In this document: positions 34,098 through 38,141 of the stretch, in pieces | Numbering within the stretch: position 1 is the stretch's first letter | How the letters are laid out: every line of letters starts with the position of its first letter | Assembly (NCBI RefSeq): GCF_902713615.1 | Contig: NW_024056034.1 | Location: 62,001 to 100,141, forward strand | Direction of reading: 5' to 3' | DNA: 38,141 nt | Source of the DNA: Scyliorhinus canicula | Lineage: Eukaryota | Position numbers and translations under genes: made by a program | The notes under the pieces: model-generated | What the model was told of the DNA's origin: nothing | The model's input: the letters and a program-made list of their open reading frames with translations, nothing else | The model's database searches: none

Positions 34098-34136
34098 GGT
34101 TTTTGTACGGCGCTGAATGGTTTTCAGTTCACTGTG
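34098..34136 (-). other. Consensus 23-RSS
   Basis: CACAGTG-23nt-ACAAAAACC. Confidence 0.95.
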
Positions 34137-34652
34137 CCTCACTGCGCAGAGATAGGTGGCGGTGTCTGTCAGTCGAACGTCACTAATATTCAGAACACTT
34201 TGTTTCTCTGAAAAAATGAACCGAGCTGTGAACCTCCCCTGATCGCTGGTACCGCTCGCCAGATGCTGCACGGTTTGGTCCGGGTATTGTCTGTACCATT
34301 GTAGGATGTTTAATGCTAATGTGGTGGAACAGGCCAAGGATGCAATGTTTCCCTCGGTAACAACCACTGACTCAGGAGACTGTGATACCTCGTCACTGCC
34401 AGTGGCATCTGAGAAAAATGTAGATGTAAAATAACATGATAAATGTAATATCGCGCAGACCACGAGAATATACTATAGCAAAATCAAATACAAAATGGCA
34501 TAACAAAATCCACAATAAAGCATGCTAAATGTTACTACAACATGACATATCTGATGTGCGACATATTCCTGCCAGATACAGTATTCACACTCACACGGAG
34601 AGAAGAGTAAGAAATTCAGGGAGATAATCACTAAAGTGAAGCTCAGCTTCAT
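34137..34652 (-). CDS. TCR alpha/delta-type V gene segment with very short CDR2 region, apparently functional (leader 34652-34595, intron 34594-34409, exon 34408-34137)
   Basis: Leader MKLSFTLVIISLNFLLFSP|GTGAGT; exon SDEVSQSP...ASLAC...LQWYRQYP..QHLASGTSDQGRF...DTATYLCAVR with no stops. Confidence 0.92.
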
Positions 34653-34714
34653 GTTGGATCCTATCGATCTGTGTTCTGTAGCTCTCAGTAGTTTTCAGGA
34701 CCAGAGACAATGCT

Positions 34715-34995
34715 GAGAAGGCAGCGTTGTTGTATATCAAACTGAGTCCAACACTAACTGCACCGTGCCCGCCCGAGCCGGGTCTCTGGGGCTTGTGATC
34801 ACAAAGTGAAGCTGTGAAGGAGCTTCAGCATTGGTGGAGTGTGGGTAGGAGAATGCGCATGCGGCAGAGCATCGCCTCTGTGGGGTCAGTTTGAGGACAC
34901 GTGTGACGTTTCCCTGCATATTTCGTGACGTAGGTCTGAGTGACGTCAGTGGAACTGGTTGAAGGGTCAGAAACATCTTTGCCGGAGCTGATCTG
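34715..34995 (-). promoter_or_regulatory. CRE/NRF1-rich promoter of the V at 34652
   Basis: TGACGTCA 34941-48, further TGACG half sites, GCGCATGCG about 34855-63; paralog at 20640-20925. Confidence 0.55.
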
Positions 34996-36164
34996 AACAT
35001 CCAGCCCTGAGTTTCAGAGAATTAACAGCTGATCAGAAACAGAAAGGACGGGTTAACCTGGAGACTGGTTTGATGATGGATCTGGCGGTCGGATCGGATT
35101 CGGCAGTGTATTTTTACTGCCGTTGTTGGAAACAGGTGGGTGACAGTTTGATTCGAGTTTAAGGTGCCTCCTCCCGGTGTGGGTTTGAGCGGCTGACATC
35201 GCCACTGGTCGATGTGGCTGAATCTGCTCGAGTTTTTGTTGAAACGTCAACAGAGGTGCTCGAAGACACAGTTCAAAGTAAGGGAGTGGGACTCTTGTTC
35301 ATTGTATACTCAGTCTGTGAGTCCCACTTCTGATCAACTCTTCAGAGCCACTTTCTCCACCCAGAGATAGAGAGATAAGTTTAGCTGCCTGAACGGTGCT
35401 GTTGCTGTTTTTGTTATTTTAGCCTCACTGCTCGTCTGCTGACATGAGTAACACAGCACAGGTGAAATCCAGGAACTCGCTGCCTGACAGCACATAGACT
35501 GCAACGGTTCAAGAAGGCAGCATCAAAGGTTAAACTAAAAACAGAAACTTCTTCTGTCTTAACATCTGAGGACAGTAGCCGAGTAACAGAATTTCCGTCA
35601 CTCAGATCAGAAATACATGTTCAAACAGGAAATAATCATGTGTTTACATTTCCGATTGAAACCATGATTTCAAATGCGATGAAATGTGTTCGTTCCACAA
35701 TTACCTCCCGAAAAGCCCGCCTGCACCAGCCCCAAACAATCCAAACACTGGCTGACCGCTGTCGATCTGTAAAAATTGGAATTCGAAGCAACAACTTCTA
35801 TTCCGCACCATTAAGAATCGACTGTCTTTCGCAGGTTTTTCTTACTTCACTTTCTTGCGTCTCCAAAGGTGGTTTAACACCTGTAGGTGGCGAACTGTCT
35901 GGCAGTGAATGGGAAAAATCCGAGCTGGGATACAGTCAGTGCCTTCGAAGAAGAATCGCTGCATAGATCCAGACGGGAGTCGGAATGGGTTTGCTGGTCT
36001 GGTTATTGTAGGACGGAAACACAGTTGTGTCAGAACATTAAATAGACACTGAAAAAGAGAAAAACCATTAGGGGGACTCTGTTCTTGGGGTTTGCTATAA
36101 ACTGTGAAATCACTTCCTTGTGAAATTTGCTCCTTTCCTACAAACTGTCTGTCAACCAATAAAA

Positions 36165-36312
36165 TTCCTCGGAGGTCTTCCGGGATACTGATAGTACCAG
36201 AACAGAGTATCAAAAACAGCTGTCGAGTATCTACAGTCCAGGTTAATGCTCTGTCCTTCCAGAACCGTTATCTCAGATCGATCCTGGGACACTGAATCTT
36301 CACCATTTGTTC
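36165..36312 (-). pseudogene. 3'-truncated family-B V fragment
   Basis: Acceptor TTCCAG then GTNGEDSVSQDRSEITVLEGQSINLDCRYSTAVFDTLFWYYQYPGRPPRNFIG*; homology to 37101-37405 stops abruptly near 36165; intron interrupted by a SINE. Confidence 0.85.
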
Positions 36313-36365
36313 CTGGAACAAAACACAAAACGTATTCAATATCTGGGAGTGAAGATCGTACACGG

Positions 36366-36710
36366 AGCAGCAGGGTATCATTATGGTTAGCACAATTGCT
36401 TCACAGCTTCAGGCTCCCAGGTTCAATTCCCAACTTGGGCCACTGTCTGTTGGGAGTCTGCACATTCGCCCCGTGTGTGCGTGGGTTTCCTCCTGGTGCT
36501 CCGGTTTCCTCCCACAGTCCAAAGATGTGCAGGTGGATTGGCCATGCTAAACTACCCCTAATGTCCAACATTTCCCTTAGTGTTGGGTGGGGTTACTGGG
36601 TTGTGGGGACAGGTTGGAGTTGTGGACGTTGGGTAGGGTGCTCTTTCCAAGAGCCACTGCAGACTCGATAGGCCGAATGGCCTCCTTCTGCACTGTAACT
36701 TCTGTGAAAT
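36366..36710 (+). mobile_element. HE1/V-SINE-type SINE, near full length
   Basis: atggttagcacaattgcttcacagc...ggttcaattccc...tgcgtgggtttcctcc...gggccactgcagactcgataggccgaatggcctcc. Confidence 0.88.
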
Positions 36711-37023
36711 CGATGAAAATAATCCCATCATATAGACCCTGTGACCCGGCTTTGATCAAAGGGATCTAGAAGAGCGGAACGGAGATGGAGAAATAATTCA
36801 GACAGCAATGTAAAGCTCATAAAAAGACTAAATGTGAGCTAACGAACCGGAAATTAAGTTGTGAAATTCATTTTAGTAGAAATGCAAGTTATAAACGAAC
36901 GAATATTATTATTCAGTTTCTGCTCGCTTGTTCTCAGTGAATGTTGTGTTTGTTTTTGATGGTTTGGTAATGACACTGTGACCACCACAGGCTGAGTAAT
37001 TGTGTCTGTCTATCAATGTGAGA

Positions 37024-37037
37024 GCGCCCTCTGCCGA
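37024..37037 (-). promoter_or_regulatory. CTCF-like motif downstream of RSS
   Basis: Reverse complement TCGGCAGAGGGCGC, 23 nt after the nonamer. Confidence 0.55.
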
Positions 37038-37060
37038 TAAATGACTGGAATCCCAGTGTG

Positions 37061-37522
37061 AGTGTTTGTACGGGACCCGTTGTATCTCTGCATTCGTGTG
37101 GGCTCCATGGCGCAGAAATACCCGGCACTGTCGGAGAGATCAGCCACGGCGATATTTAAAGATACCGTTTGGTTTTCTTTGAGCAAAGCAGCCGAAAACC
37201 TGGCTGAGAAGTCTGGAGATTTATCTGAACTGCCCTAACTATAGATTCTCATTACATTCCTCGGAGGTCTTCCGGGATACTGAATGTACCAGAAAAGAGT
37301 TTCAAAAACAGCTGTGGAATATCTACAGTCCAGCTTAATGCTCTGTCCTTCCAGATCCCGTTAACTCAAATTGATCCTGGGCCACTGAGTCTTCACCATT
37401 TCTTCCTGGAACTAAACACAAAATGTATTCAATATCTGAGAGTGAAGATAGCACACGGGGCATACGGTGAACATTAGAACATCGACTCACCAGTCACCAG
37501 TCACCAACATGGGGGAATACAT
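37061..37522 (-). pseudogene. Family-B V pseudogene (exon 37405-37101) with RSS CACACGA-24-ACAAACACT
   Basis: 32-nt out-of-phase leader; +1 frameshift after ELT; TAG in CDR2; otherwise LDCRYSTAVFETLFWYIQYPGRPP...DSAGYFCAME. Confidence 0.88.
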
Positions 37523-37809
37523 GCTGCCTGGATTAGAGTCCGACAGAAATCAATCAGATTTTGAATATGTTCTGGTATTAAAGCGGAAATTCAGATGAAT
37601 GAATGCTTCAGTTACTGGGAAAAGAAAGAGCGTTTCCTAGCAAATGATTGGCTAAACTGTTGACAGTTGGGCACCAAGCGTGAGCCATACCTCCGGACCA
37701 AGAAGTCCAATTTTAGGATCGAGCCGAAGAAAAAAAATAACTTACGTTAACTTCGATAAAAGTTCTACATCTCATGTTTTTTTTATGTTGAGACATCTGT
37801 TTTCCAAAT

Positions 37810-37908
37810 TCACCTGAGAGTCACCTGAGGAAGGAGCAGTGCTCCGAAAGTTAGTGTTTGAAATAAGCATTTTGGGCTTTAACCTGGTGTTGTCAGACTT
37901 CTTACTGT
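37810..37908 (+). mobile_element. Solo Penelope pLTR fragment with hammerhead motif (37822-37856)
   Basis: CAC-CUGAGGA-A-GGAG(cagtg)CUCC-GAAA-GUUA-GUG...tttaacctggtgttgtcagacttctta; matches 10855-10940. Confidence 0.75.
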
Positions 37909-38141
37909 TTTTTTAAAGGAACTGCTGTTGTCTTGTAATAAGTGACCTGGCCTCTCAACCAGACCCTTTGAATCTGCAGCAACACAGTCAGGTTGCACAT
38001 TTCACACGTCCGCTGACTGCTGTAGTGTAGTGATTATCACATTCGCCTCACACACGAAAATGATGAAAATGTTTGGGACAGAAAGAAAAGGGAAATGTAA
38101 ATGAGCCTAACCAAGGTTATGAAAGATGCCAATGGCGCATC

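Noticed and set aside
18611-37522. NAR-TCR cassette or IgH-like (TAILV) segments among the intact V genes
   Set aside because: All five intact V genes have their own leader and TCR-like frameworks; no leaderless supporting V-delta, D segment or VH-type motif was seen

Overview
Eukaryotic genomic DNA from a cartilaginous fish. The SINE/LINE families look shark-like, possibly catshark (inferred from memory, not searched). Bases 1-13.7 kb are almost all retroelement debris: CR1 and L2-like LINEs, HE1-type and other tRNA-SINEs, and a TSD-flanked Penelope-like element with inverted pLTRs carrying minimal hammerhead ribozymes. Bases 14-17.6 kb hold a RUNX/ETS/E-box/TCF motif cluster, a 78-bp minisatellite with an open frame, and G-runs. 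Bases 18.6-37.5 kb are part of a T-cell receptor alpha/delta-type V-segment array in both orientations. It has five apparently intact V genes (leader, GT-AG intron, V exon, RSS) and about eight V pseudogenes. No D, J or C segment was found. Much of the array is a triplicated cassette: V family C (-), conserved non-coding element, V family A (+), decayed V family B (-). Family letters are my own labels. The most notable unexplained structure is a set of CTCF-like motifs at fixed positions: 23-25 nt past the RSS nonamer in three genes and about 200 nt upstream of the ATG in family A. Also seen are a CRE decamer in family-A promoters, 24-nt RSS spacers, and orphan heptamers. All alignments, counts and boundaries were made by eye, and TE edges are approximate.
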